Under the pieces are notes generated by a model. It had not been told where the DNA came from and did no database searches. It saw nothing but the letters and a program-made list of their open reading frames with translations. Of a stretch of 64,000 nt of DNA, positions 38,046-46,752 are shown in pieces; the first letter of the stretch is position 1, and each line of letters begins with the position of its first letter. The translations under genes and the position numbers were made by a program. The stretch lies in assembly GCA_046300175.1 (NCBI GenBank), contig JBKCMS010000009.1, forward strand, positions 71 to 64,070, given 5' to 3'. This DNA comes from Pseudomonadota bacterium (GTDB lineage Bacteria; Bdellovibrionota_C; UBA2361; OMII01).

Positions 38046-38224
38046 AACTGCGTCACGAGAGCGCCGAGAATGGTGATTTTTTAAGGCCCGGAAGGCAATC
38101 TCAACAAACGATCTTCGGGACGGAATCATATCGATATACCTCCCGTTCCAAAATCGATTTTTTTGGCGGAAATGCGCCATTATCGGGGCTAGTAGTGGCA
38201 GCATTCATTAAATATGCGAGCTAA
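38025..38224 (+). mobile_element. MITE-like palindromic repeat element, copy A (termini degenerate)
   Basis: Aligns end to end with the reverse complement of 56721-56921. By hand alignment the first 56 nt are 49/56 identical. The internal AAATCGATTTTT palindromes are shared. Confidence 0.6.
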
Positions 38225-39432
38225 ACTGCCGGAGCTTTCAATGCTCGCGAGCCAGGAAAGAGAGAGGCAATCCGTGCCAGTACTGCCTCGACCATTGCGT
38301 CTGGGCAGCTAGCGCCAGCAGAAATGAGAATCTCTACCTTTGCCTTGTTAGGAAGCCAATCCCGCGTAACCGTTACGCCCCTGTGCAGGTCCAGGTGGCG
38401 TATTTCATCACGCGAAAGTATCTCGTCTGCATCCTCGACGTAAAACACCGGGACCAGCCCCTCGCACAACTCAACAAGATGAGAAGTATTCGATGAGTTG
38501 TAGCCTCCAACAACCACCGCAAGATCGGCGCTGTGCTCGAGCAACGCACGCATTGAGCGTTGATTCTCTGAAGTTGCGTAGCACAACGTATCTCTGGTGT
38601 CTGCAAAGTGCTCGCCTATTGCACCTTCTCCATAGCGGTCGATCAAAGCTTGGCGCATCATCTGTGCTATCTCATGGGTTTCCTCTGCCAGCATCGTTGT
38701 TTGGTTTACCACACCTAAGCGGACCAAATCCTCTGGCACCCTAAAGCCATCAGAGAATCGCCCTTGGAAGTCGCTGAAAAAGCTCTGATGCAGCTTATCT
38801 CCGCGTACATAACGCGCCAACAGCTTGGCCTCCTCCCGGTCTCTAACTACAACGCTAGGACCATCAAGACGAATCTGAGAAAACGTCGCGCGGGTCTCCT
38901 CGTGCGTATGTTTGCCGTGAATCACTATCGAGTACCCCTGCTTCGCTAACTGTCGCCCACGCTTCCAGACCTTCTCGACGAAGGGACACGTGGCGTTGTA
39001 GCTCTGTGGGTCGACCCCGCATGCTTGCAGCTCTTGAAATATCTCTCGCGTCGTTCCAAACGCTGGCACTATTACTACATCGTCTTTACATAACTCAGAA
39101 AAGGGAATCAGCTGCTCCCCCTCAGCCGTTTGTAAAAACGATACCCCTCGCGAGATCAGGTCCTGATTGACGTGCGGGTTGTGAATCATCTCGCTAAGCA
39201 GAAAAATCCGTTTACCCGGGTTCTCTTCAAGCGCCCTGTATGCAATCTCAATAGCGTTCTCTACTCCATAGCAGAATCCGAAAAAACGAGCGATCCTGAA
39301 CACTACCGGACCAAGATCGATCTCCGTAGCCGATAGATCCTCCTTCCGGCCATCAGTCTCTGCGCGCTTTTTCTTAATAGCTCCGATGATGTCGGACCGG
39401 TATGCACGGGGAATATCAAACTGTTTAGGCAT
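38221..39432 (-). CDS. ispH: 4-hydroxy-3-methylbut-2-enyl diphosphate reductase IspH (long form)
   Basis: IHNPHVN, NATCPFVEKVW, and Cys ligand regions (FGFCYGV, LCYATSENQ). 403 aa with an N-terminal extension relative to E. coli-type IspH. Confidence 0.85.
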   Translation of the reverse strand: MPKQFDIPRAYRSDIIGAIKKKRAETDGRKEDLSATEIDLGPVVFRIARFFGFCYGVENAIEIAYRALEENPGKRIFLLSEMIHNPHVNQDLISRGVSFLQTAEGEQLIPFSELCKDDVVIVPAFGTTREIFQELQACGVDPQSYNATCPFVEKVWKRGRQLAKQGYSIVIHGKHTHEETRATFSQIRLDGPSVVVRDREEAKLLARYVRGDKLHQSFFSDFQGRFSDGFRVPEDLVRLGVVNQTTMLAEETHEIAQMMRQALIDRYGEGAIGEHFADTRDTLCYATSENQRSMRALLEHSADLAVVVGGYNSSNTSHLVELCEGLVPVFYVEDADEILSRDEIRHLDLHRGVTVTRDWLPNKAKVEILISAGASCPDAMVEAVLARIASLFPGSRALKAPAV

Positions 39433-39629
39433 ACAGTTGTTCTACCACGTGCAACTAACTGAGTCCACGATGCGCCTATCGGCGATAGCCCAAGAGACTT
39501 AGCCTCCTCTAAACCCAGCTGCACTAATTTTTAAACGAATGGGGTTAGCTTTGAGTGATTTTCAAAAATGACTCGTGCATGGTTTAGTTTCCCGATTGAC
39601 TACTGCGCTCAAAAAAGGTCCGATAAAGC

Positions 39630-40541
39630 ATGGCCTCTGCTAATGATACCACTCCCTCTAACACCACCATACTCTCTCCTATAGCTATAGTCGGGGGCAG
39701 AGGCGCCATGGGCAGTTGGCTTACTTCAATGCTGAGCGGCTACGGGCTTACGGTTCATCAGATCGACCAAGGCACGCCCGAAAAGGAGCGTATCGCCGCG
39801 TTGCAAAATGCGAGTGCTGTCTTATTCTCTGTGCCGATCTGTTCCACCGTTCGGATTATTAATGAGACCTTACCGATGGTTGCTCCCAAGGCGCTGCTGA
39901 TCGATATCACCTCGCTAAAGGCAGCCCCGGTTGCGGCTATGCTCCAGCATAGCGGCGAAGTCTTAGGGCTACACCCGATGTGCGCTCCAAATGAGGCCGG
40001 GCTCACCAATCAACCGGTTGTAGTTTGTGCGCAAAGACGCGGGCCAAAATCGGAATCGGCGATCGCCATGCTCAGAGATCTCGGAGCAATCATAGTCGAA
40101 ATGAACCCCGATCGACACGATAGGATCATGGCAGTTGTCCAGGGACTCAACCACTTCTATTCGATCGTATTTGCTCATGCGCTTAAGGAGATCGGAGTCA
40201 CGGTCGAAGAAACACTTGAAGTAGCTAGCCCGGTTTATGCGTTGCGCATGCAATTAATGGGTCGCATCTTATCACAGGATCCGGCGCTATACGCTGATAT
40301 TGAAATAGAGAATCCTTACGTACCTGAGATGCTTGAGTCGTATGCGAAATCTATGCATATCTTTAAAGAGGCGATTGAAAGCCGCTCACGCGACAAGTGT
40401 ATTCAATTCTTCTCCGAAGCCGCTGACACCCTTGGAGCCTACCGGGTAACGGCTCTGCATGCAACTGAGGCGCTCCTTAGCGCCGGCTTGATTTCGTCCG
40501 GAAAAAACCAGAGGTCATACCAGGCGAAGCCGATAAAGTGA
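39630..40541 (+). CDS. tyrA: Prephenate/arogenate dehydrogenase
   Basis: NAD fold IAIVGGRGAMGSWL, GLHPMCAP, and DRIMAVVQGLNHF. Confidence 0.75.
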   Translation: MASANDTTPSNTTILSPIAIVGGRGAMGSWLTSMLSGYGLTVHQIDQGTPEKERIAALQNASAVLFSVPICSTVRIINETLPMVAPKALLIDITSLKAAPVAAMLQHSGEVLGLHPMCAPNEAGLTNQPVVVCAQRRGPKSESAIAMLRDLGAIIVEMNPDRHDRIMAVVQGLNHFYSIVFAHALKEIGVTVEETLEVASPVYALRMQLMGRILSQDPALYADIEIENPYVPEMLESYAKSMHIFKEAIESRSRDKCIQFFSEAADTLGAYRVTALHATEALLSAGLISSGKNQRSYQAKPIK

Positions 40542-40565
40542 CTTGCTGATTTCAAAGCCGCCATT

Positions 40566-40755
40566 CTCAAGCTGAGACCGCCGGGAAACCCCCGTCCATG
40601 GGGTTTTCCCGGCTCGCTCCAAGCTTAATCGCGCGCAAATCGGCGCGCGATTGCGCGTCGCTCCAGGCACTTGCGTGCCTGTGGTCGCCATCCGGGCGAC
40701 CGAGATCCCTCCGAGTCAACCTCTTTACAGAGGTTTCCCGGAGGTCTCAAGCTTC
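40566..40755. repeat. TIR-bounded ~190-bp element containing five near-perfect hairpins
   Basis: Left arm AAGCTGAGACCGCCGGGAAAC (40569-40589) against the reverse complement of the right arm, AAGCTTGAGACCTCCGGGAAAC (40733-40754). Internal hairpins at 40581-40612, 40627-40652, 40664-40681, 40683-40701 and 40718-40735. Confidence 0.55.
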
Positions 40756-40940
40756 TTTGTTAACATCAAGCAGTACCGTCCAGAGCTAGACATTAAAATT
40801 TCACACGCTCGGCACATAGGAGTTTGTTGTCTTCTACGGCGCCACTCGACCACGCCAAGATTTGACTCGCTCGCCCATTCTCATTATTTTTAAAAAATGA
40901 ATCAGGCGCGGGTTCCCCGCGGCCTTCAGATGATCTGCGC

Positions 40941-41993
40941 TCAATCGACAACCGAACCGTACACCACGTCATCCTCTAGCTCGAACTTGCCAGGAGCAGT
41001 TCGGGCGCTCTGTGGCGGGCTTGCACCGACGGGCGCACTTGCGGTGTTATTTGGAGGTGCAGGAACCTCAGCTACTACCGGAATGCGTGGCTTAATTTCA
41101 CCAACTGGTAGCGTATCACTCGGCGTTAATAAGGCCGACGGGAAAGCCGCTGTGGATACACCAGTTGGCACTTGAGTCGGTACAGCTGTTGAATCGTCTC
41201 TCGCGTCCTCCTTAAGCTCTGGCTCGGGAGTTGGAGTAGCTTTGATTGGCGGAGGCTGAATACCTTCACCTCCATTGGTATAAACAGGTCCTAACTCTAG
41301 ATCAAGCTCGACTACTCCGCTGAACCTAAGAGCAATAGTCACAGCGCCCGCACAGTTAAAGCTTCCCTTTCCACGCGGGCCGCTTCGGATAAAGTTCGAA
41401 AATGGTATGACTATATCGCTTGCATCCGATGCTGATCGCGCCACCGTCGATGCTGAGAATCTTTGTCCGGTTGGGTCAGCAGAATCAAAGATGCGGGACT
41501 CTACCGAGTAATCCGGACATCCAGGCAATACTGCAGAGGAAGAACAGTCAAGATCTAATGAAACCTTGCTGATGATAATTGCATGTGCACCGCCGCTTGT
41601 AATATCGAAGCAATTGAGCCCAGCCCCCGATAGCACCTCCGGATTTGAGTCCCCATCCCACGAGAATACAACAGTTAGATCCCCAACATCCTCTGCCTCT
41701 AGCTTTAAGTGACCAGATTGCCGCCCTACCCGAATAGCTGCCTCACCCCCACTGCCTTTGACAATCGATATCCCTGTGTGGCGCCCGAGCGAGCTATCAT
41801 CACGCAGCACTCCAACACACTCACGCTGCCCTTCAGAACAAGTGAGAGCCAACGGCGTCTTGAAGGTCTCTAAAGGCAATGCCATTACCCCAGCGGGACT
41901 TACAGTCAACAGAGACGAGACCAGCCAGAAATATCCGCAAAGATTTTTACCAAGATAGTTTCTCAAATTTTTGCCAAGCAATAAGGACGACAT
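40941..41993 (-). CDS. Hypothetical secreted protein with Pro/Thr-rich C-terminal tail
   Basis: N-terminal hydrophobic signal-like segment FWLVSSLLTVSPAGVMA. The C-terminal ~110 aa are Pro/Ala/Thr-rich. No family recognised. Confidence 0.45.
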   Translation of the reverse strand: MSSLLLGKNLRNYLGKNLCGYFWLVSSLLTVSPAGVMALPLETFKTPLALTCSEGQRECVGVLRDDSSLGRHTGISIVKGSGGEAAIRVGRQSGHLKLEAEDVGDLTVVFSWDGDSNPEVLSGAGLNCFDITSGGAHAIIISKVSLDLDCSSSAVLPGCPDYSVESRIFDSADPTGQRFSASTVARSASDASDIVIPFSNFIRSGPRGKGSFNCAGAVTIALRFSGVVELDLELGPVYTNGGEGIQPPPIKATPTPEPELKEDARDDSTAVPTQVPTGVSTAAFPSALLTPSDTLPVGEIKPRIPVVAEVPAPPNNTASAPVGASPPQSARTAPGKFELEDDVVYGSVVD

Positions 41994-42068
41994 AATGTGA
42001 CTACAGCACAGACCTGAACAGTAGAATCATCCGGGATTTGATCGAATTTGTCGATGGCATCGACGCGC

Positions 42069-43571
42069 CTATCCTAGATCGAGGCACAGGACCTCGCCGC
42101 GCTCATTACACGGTGGCCGATCTGGGAGGAATATCTCAAACGTTGTACCTTTTCCCAGAGCTGAGGTCACATCGATCGACCCACCATGGGCACTGACAAT
42201 GCACTTGACGATGAAGAGTCCCAATCCAGAGCCTGAAACGGAGGAGTGCGCCGAGAGCCGCGCATACCGCTGAAATAGCCTTTTAGCGTCACCTGGCTCC
42301 ATCCCAACGCCGAAATCCCTGACCCTAAGTACCACACCACCATCGCGGCGCTCCACTCCTACATCAATGCGCCCACCAGCTGCCGAGAATTTAACCGCGT
42401 TACTGATAAGATTAGTGACAATCCGCTCAAGACCTAGAATATCAACGCAACCCAAGACCTGCGGATCTTCAAAGCTCAAAACGATCTGCATCCCACGAGT
42501 TTTAGCGGTCAGGGCGAATGACTCTGCTACCCTCGCAACTACTTCATGTAATGGAGATGTAACAGGGCGCATCACAAAGGCACCCTCTTCGATACGCCGC
42601 ATACTCAGGAACTCCTCAATCAGATTGATAGCTGAGTTAGCCGAAGTTGAAATTCGCTCAAGCAAAGCATGAGCTCGTTGATCCGGTGCTGGAGAATCAA
42701 GAAGCACGTCGCACGAGACGGCAATGGCTCCGAGTGGACCCTTTAGGTCATGCGTTGTTGTCGACAGAATTTCCCGCTGAAATCGCTCGCGACGCCGTTT
42801 ATCGCTGATATCGCGCACCCATAGCACCAAAGTCTCATCAGCCATGACTGTGCCAGAAGCAGAGACAGACAACTCAAATGCCGCTTCGTCATCTCCAGCA
42901 CGGACCAGCTCGGTTGCCCATACCTCCCCCGGCGCCAGAGCACTCAGTTTATCCCTCAGCTTGGGCAATACCTCTGAGCCACGCTTTATCGCCGAATCAG
43001 GAATATCGCTCACATCGGCGCTTGCAACGCCAAGGTCGGCTAAGAACTGCTTGAATCCAGAATTGCAGTAGCGCACCTTACCACTACGCTGAACTACTGC
43101 AAGTCCGTCGTTGCTGTTTTCGATCGCCTCACGCAAGAGATCGCGGTCTCTCATCGCCTGAGCGCGTTCATTCTCAGCTTGTTGCGCAGCCCGTAAGCGG
43201 GACAATACCAGGTGCAATACATCAGCGAACGACGCATCAAAATTCTTGACCATGAAGTCATTTGCTCCAGCGCGCATCGCTGCCACACCATCACTAAGCG
43301 ATGAGGATGAAGTTAAAACCAGTAGCGGTGTTTTAGGGGCGACTTGACGCAAAGCATTGACGGCAGCTTCGCTGCGCATATCCGGTAGGTTCAAATCGCT
43401 GATAATCAGATCGAATTGCCCCGCCGCGAGCGCGGCTTGCCCCTCTGTAACTGTTTTGCACTTTATAAGATTGCCAACCAGCGACCGCACCGCCCGCTCA
43501 ATCAGCAACGCGTGCGCCGTTTCGTCTTCTACCAAGAGTACCTGCTCAAACACCTTAGTTGAATTGGCCAT
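42069..43571 (-). CDS. Hybrid sensor: N-terminal receiver (REC) - PAS - histidine kinase
   Basis: REC: VLLVEDE...FDLIISDLNLPDM...LVLTSS...K. H-box TTTHDLKGPL. N box NLISNAVKF, G1 box RDFGVGM, G2 box GSGLGL. Confidence 0.8.
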   Translation of the reverse strand: MANSTKVFEQVLLVEDETAHALLIERAVRSLVGNLIKCKTVTEGQAALAAGQFDLIISDLNLPDMRSEAAVNALRQVAPKTPLLVLTSSSSLSDGVAAMRAGANDFMVKNFDASFADVLHLVLSRLRAAQQAENERAQAMRDRDLLREAIENSNDGLAVVQRSGKVRYCNSGFKQFLADLGVASADVSDIPDSAIKRGSEVLPKLRDKLSALAPGEVWATELVRAGDDEAAFELSVSASGTVMADETLVLWVRDISDKRRRERFQREILSTTTHDLKGPLGAIAVSCDVLLDSPAPDQRAHALLERISTSANSAINLIEEFLSMRRIEEGAFVMRPVTSPLHEVVARVAESFALTAKTRGMQIVLSFEDPQVLGCVDILGLERIVTNLISNAVKFSAAGGRIDVGVERRDGGVVLRVRDFGVGMEPGDAKRLFQRYARLSAHSSVSGSGLGLFIVKCIVSAHGGSIDVTSALGKGTTFEIFLPDRPPCNERGEVLCLDLG

Positions 43572-43725
43572 AAGAGGGCGTCACCAGTTGTCTTAATTAG
43601 ACGAAAAGCAGCCAGTTTCACCATCGAAACTGGGCGTCATGTAACCAACTACTACGCACCACCGCTTTATTTTTATCGGCAGATCGACTAATGAAGTGAA
43701 GTAATTCTTGTAAGGATACTGCACT

Positions 43726-44256
43726 ATGATTAAACCCGACCACTGGATTATTGAATTTGCAAGAAACGGCGGAATTACACCGTTTAACCCAGAGCACGTA
43801 AATCCAGCGAGTTACGACGTCACAGTCGGCAATCACTGGATATGCCCAACTCGCGACCCTGAGGAGCTGGTGAGTGACTCAATCGTCCTTTTCCCAGGAG
43901 AGGTAATCCTGGCCACCACCCAAGAGTTTGTAAAGATGCCAAGGGATGTAGTTTGCGACCTCAAGCTGAAGAGCTCGCTTGGGCGACTGTGGCTTAATCA
44001 CAGCCTAAGTGGCTGGATAGACTGCGGCTTTTCAGGGCAGATCACTCTAGAATTACAGAATCTGGGTCCCTATCCAAGAGAGCTCGTTAAGGGCATGCGG
44101 GTAGCTCAGCTTGTATTCCTAGGTATGGAATCGGCTCCTACAGTAGCCTACGGTGAGGGCGGACGTGGGCACTACCAGGGACAGACCGGAGCCACCAAAG
44201 CCTGGTCCGACGATTTCTTCCCCAGGGTGCTGGGTCCAAAAAAGGGGGCCGCCTAG
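43726..44256 (+). CDS. dcd: dCTP deaminase family protein
   Basis: NPASYDVTVG and GWIDCGFSGQITLELQN (dUTPase-fold trimer motif). 176 aa. Confidence 0.75.
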   Translation: MIKPDHWIIEFARNGGITPFNPEHVNPASYDVTVGNHWICPTRDPEELVSDSIVLFPGEVILATTQEFVKMPRDVVCDLKLKSSLGRLWLNHSLSGWIDCGFSGQITLELQNLGPYPRELVKGMRVAQLVFLGMESAPTVAYGEGGRGHYQGQTGATKAWSDDFFPRVLGPKKGAA

Positions 44257-44355
44257 GGGCATTTGGCTCGGTTGTGTAGGGTATTTGAGTCTTATCGCCT
44301 TACGTGCTAAGCTCTACGCCCTATTGGGTCAGTTTGATTAATTATTTGAGTAGTT

Positions 44356-44619
44356 ATGGCAAATCACAAGTCTGCAATTAAGCGTCATCGTCAGAGTCTA
44401 AAGCGCCGCGATGCGAACCGCTCGGCTAAATCAGCTGTTCGCACAGCTATCAAGAAAGCCGAGGCAGCCGCTAAAACAGGTAGCAAGGCTGAGGCTCAGG
44501 CGCTCGCCCGCACCGCTGAGTCGATGATGTCTAAAGCCTCTAAGAAGGGCCTGTTCCACAAGGCAACGCTAGCCCGCAAGGTCAGCCGCCTGCAGACCCA
44601 AGCAAACAAAGCTAAGTAA
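44356..44619 (+). CDS. rpsT: 30S ribosomal protein S20
   Basis: MANHKSAIKRHRQSLKRRDANRS. 87 aa and basic. Confidence 0.9.
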   Translation: MANHKSAIKRHRQSLKRRDANRSAKSAVRTAIKKAEAAAKTGSKAEAQALARTAESMMSKASKKGLFHKATLARKVSRLQTQANKAK

Positions 44620-44655
44620 ATAGGTAAGGTAGCGCTAACGCCCGCGCCCTAGTTC

Positions 44656-44690
44656 AAGAGCTCGCCCAACGGCGGGCTCTTGTTGTTTTG
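44656..44690 (+). terminator. Rho-independent terminator of rpsT
   Basis: AAGAGCTCGCC-CAAC-GGCGGGCTCTT followed by GTTGTTTTG. Confidence 0.6.
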
Positions 44691-44959
44691 TAACCAGCCC
44701 CAGCTCTTTGCTGTTGTATAGCGTTCTCCAGAAGTCCGTAGCGAAATCCGGGCTTTTGGAGAACGCTCTACTCCCCGGCATTAAAGGTTGTGGTTCATGC
44801 TTCAAGTTTAAGGTTCGCCGTTTCTTCTTGTTGTTCCCCGATCGAGGATGCAGTAATTCTGGCGAGTAGTCAGTTTTGCCACCCCACTTTGCTGCGCAAA
44901 GCCACCCCTTAATAGGGGCTAACGCTACAGTCGCTGCATCTGCTGAGTAATTACCTCGT

Positions 44960-45469
44960 CTATTTACCCCCACCGACCACTTTCATCACTTCATTGAGCA
45001 CATCGAGCTCAAAGACGGTGGCCAACAGAGCATTCTTCATAAAATTATTGTCAGGTAAATCGGCGGATTTTAAATCGGACTCGACAATAGCGAGTACTTC
45101 TTTCACTATCTCAGTAAAGCGCTTGGAGTCTGTAACCTGAACACCACCCTCATCCAGCTTCTCATAGGTGGCATTAAAATCATCGGCATACTTCGTTACA
45201 ATGGCCCCCACTGTCGTCTCGACCAGCTCTGGAAACGCATAACGCACGGCGCCCAGAAAAAAGAACTGTTTGCTTTCAAAATGTCGCTCTATGAAGAGAT
45301 CGCGTTGCGCTGCCTTTCCCGAGCTAACTGCCGCACGGAAATCCTTGGCAAATCCAGCTACTGCCGGAGCCCCCGCGCTCTCTTTCTTGAGGAGATTTTT
45401 TAATGCGGCATTTAGATTTTTGGCTGCGGCAAATGATTCCTTAGCTTCATTAACGGTTGGCGTTATCAT
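44960..45469 (-). CDS. Hypothetical protein (169 aa, helical, no signal peptide)
   Basis: Intact ORF co-directional with lptE. No motif recognised. Confidence 0.45.
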   Translation of the reverse strand: MITPTVNEAKESFAAAKNLNAALKNLLKKESAGAPAVAGFAKDFRAAVSSGKAAQRDLFIERHFESKQFFFLGAVRYAFPELVETTVGAIVTKYADDFNATYEKLDEGGVQVTDSKRFTEIVKEVLAIVESDLKSADLPDNNFMKNALLATVFELDVLNEVMKVVGGGK

Positions 45470-45551
45470 TACTACGACCTCCTTTGTAAATTAACAGACC
45501 TCCTGCTATTTCCCCTCTGGCAGCTCATTTAAAGCCGGCTCAGGAGTGGCT

Positions 45552-46169
45552 CTAGAAATCCGGCGCAACCGCCTTATCGTAAAGCTGTCTAGCGGCATTG
45601 GACGCAAGACTAGCCATTGCGTTTGCCTCCTGACCGCGCGAAACCTCTCGACTACTCAATCCAGCAAGGTCTCCCGCACCGGATGGGCCGCCGGCAAAAT
45701 CAAGAGAGCTAGTAACCACCACACTACTGTCTGCTCCGAACGACTGTGTCGCCTGTATCGCGTTTGAGCGCCACAACACAGGACCCGTCACTCGCCTCAG
45801 CTCACCGGCGAGTGTAACTGTTGTCTGCATCTGGAGCGCCGTGTTTGAGCCTGAGCGTGTGCTCCCGGTATTCTCCCTCACGTTAAGGATACGAACCTTA
45901 AGAACTGCATCCGCTTCGTTCTGACTATCGACTACAGAGACAGTGCCGTAGCTATCAAATTCATCTCGAATAGCCTCTGTCATAATCGTTGAGAGGCCAA
46001 GCTTGGTTGAATTATTCTCTACCGTTGGGATGTAGATAGCCCGTACATCCGGTGGAAGTGCGTTTTCACTACCACGGAACTTGTAGCCGCATCCGGCGGA
46101 GAGTGCACTGGCGAGTAAGAGTAATCCCTGGATCACTAAACCTCTGCACACCTGCCTAAAACTTCTCAT
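45552..46169 (-). CDS. lptE: LPS-assembly lipoprotein LptE
   Basis: ATG 46169 gives MRSFRQVCRGLVIQGLLLLASALSAGC|GYKFRG, a lipobox followed by the CGY-x-F-RG start typical of LptE. It is ~205 aa. Confidence 0.55.
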   Translation of the reverse strand: MRSFRQVCRGLVIQGLLLLASALSAGCGYKFRGSENALPPDVRAIYIPTVENNSTKLGLSTIMTEAIRDEFDSYGTVSVVDSQNEADAVLKVRILNVRENTGSTRSGSNTALQMQTTVTLAGELRRVTGPVLWRSNAIQATQSFGADSSVVVTSSLDFAGGPSGAGDLAGLSSREVSRGQEANAMASLASNAARQLYDKAVAPDF

Positions 46170-46216
46170 ACCTGCCAAGGGCACGAGCTTATTTGAATAA
46201 TATTCCACCATAGCAT

Positions 46217-46576
46217 TTACCCCTTTCGCGAACGTATGGTACTGACTTTTCTTGGGAAGTGGTCCATGTAGGCGCGTATGCCCTTCGACCACCCTCGCAA
46301 CTCCTTGAGTGACTGCTCCACCGATGAAAGCATCCCCTCAGTTAGCTCGATAACCGTATCATGCTGCGCGGCTATTCGCTCCCCCAATTCCCTCTCTTTG
46401 ACCGGAAATGCCCCCTCGCGGGTGCTCCAGGACCTCTGCCAGCTATCAAACGTGTCGGTGTACTGTTCTAGTAGAGCCAGCACCTCTGGATCAGACGCTT
46501 TCAGCGCCTGGACAACTCGTCCCCCGAGCGCTAACAGCGCCTTGCCGGTCTCGGTTTGGCTTTTTTTTGCTGCCAT
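46217..46576 (-). CDS. Hypothetical helical protein (119 aa from ATG 46576)
   Basis: ORF between rplQ and lptE. Start chosen at MAAKKSQTE. No family recognised. Confidence 0.4.
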   Translation of the reverse strand: MAAKKSQTETGKALLALGGRVVQALKASDPEVLALLEQYTDTFDSWQRSWSTREGAFPVKERELGERIAAQHDTVIELTEGMLSSVEQSLKELRGWSKGIRAYMDHFPRKVSTIRSRKG

Positions 46577-46752
46577 ATCCCTGAGGTCCTTATGGTGTAC
46601 CACTAGCGGCAAAGCCCGAGCAAAACGGACCGGACCACGAGGAAAGTTTTGGTGTCTTAATCCACTCGTAATAGTTATAAAGGCCCGCTGAGGCAGGTTG
46701 TGCCCTGACTACCTCCAAAGAGCCCCAAAAACCTGCCTGATGGCTCCCGGAA

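Noticed and set aside
38042-38224. 60-aa ORF (MKLRHESAENGDF...) and its counterparts at 56713-56925 and 56738-56920 as a small protein family.
   Set aside because: They lie entirely within the two repeat copies. The equivalent frame in copy B (ATGAAACTGTGTCGCGAGAGCGCCGGGAATGGTGATTTTTCGGGCCCGTAG) stops after 16 codons. Conservation is at nucleotide and palindrome level, not at codon level.
40598-40893. ORFs 40598-40789 and 40651-40893 in the tyrA downstream gap.
   Set aside because: They are read through the GC-rich hairpin array. The composition is Arg/Ser/Pro/Ala-rich, there is no SD, and the region is explained by the palindromes.
44635-44973. 112-aa minus-strand ORF in the rpsT downstream gap.
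   Set aside because: It runs through the rpsT terminator and the long hairpin. It has no SD and a basic low-complexity composition, and it overlaps the 3' end of the 44960-45469 gene.
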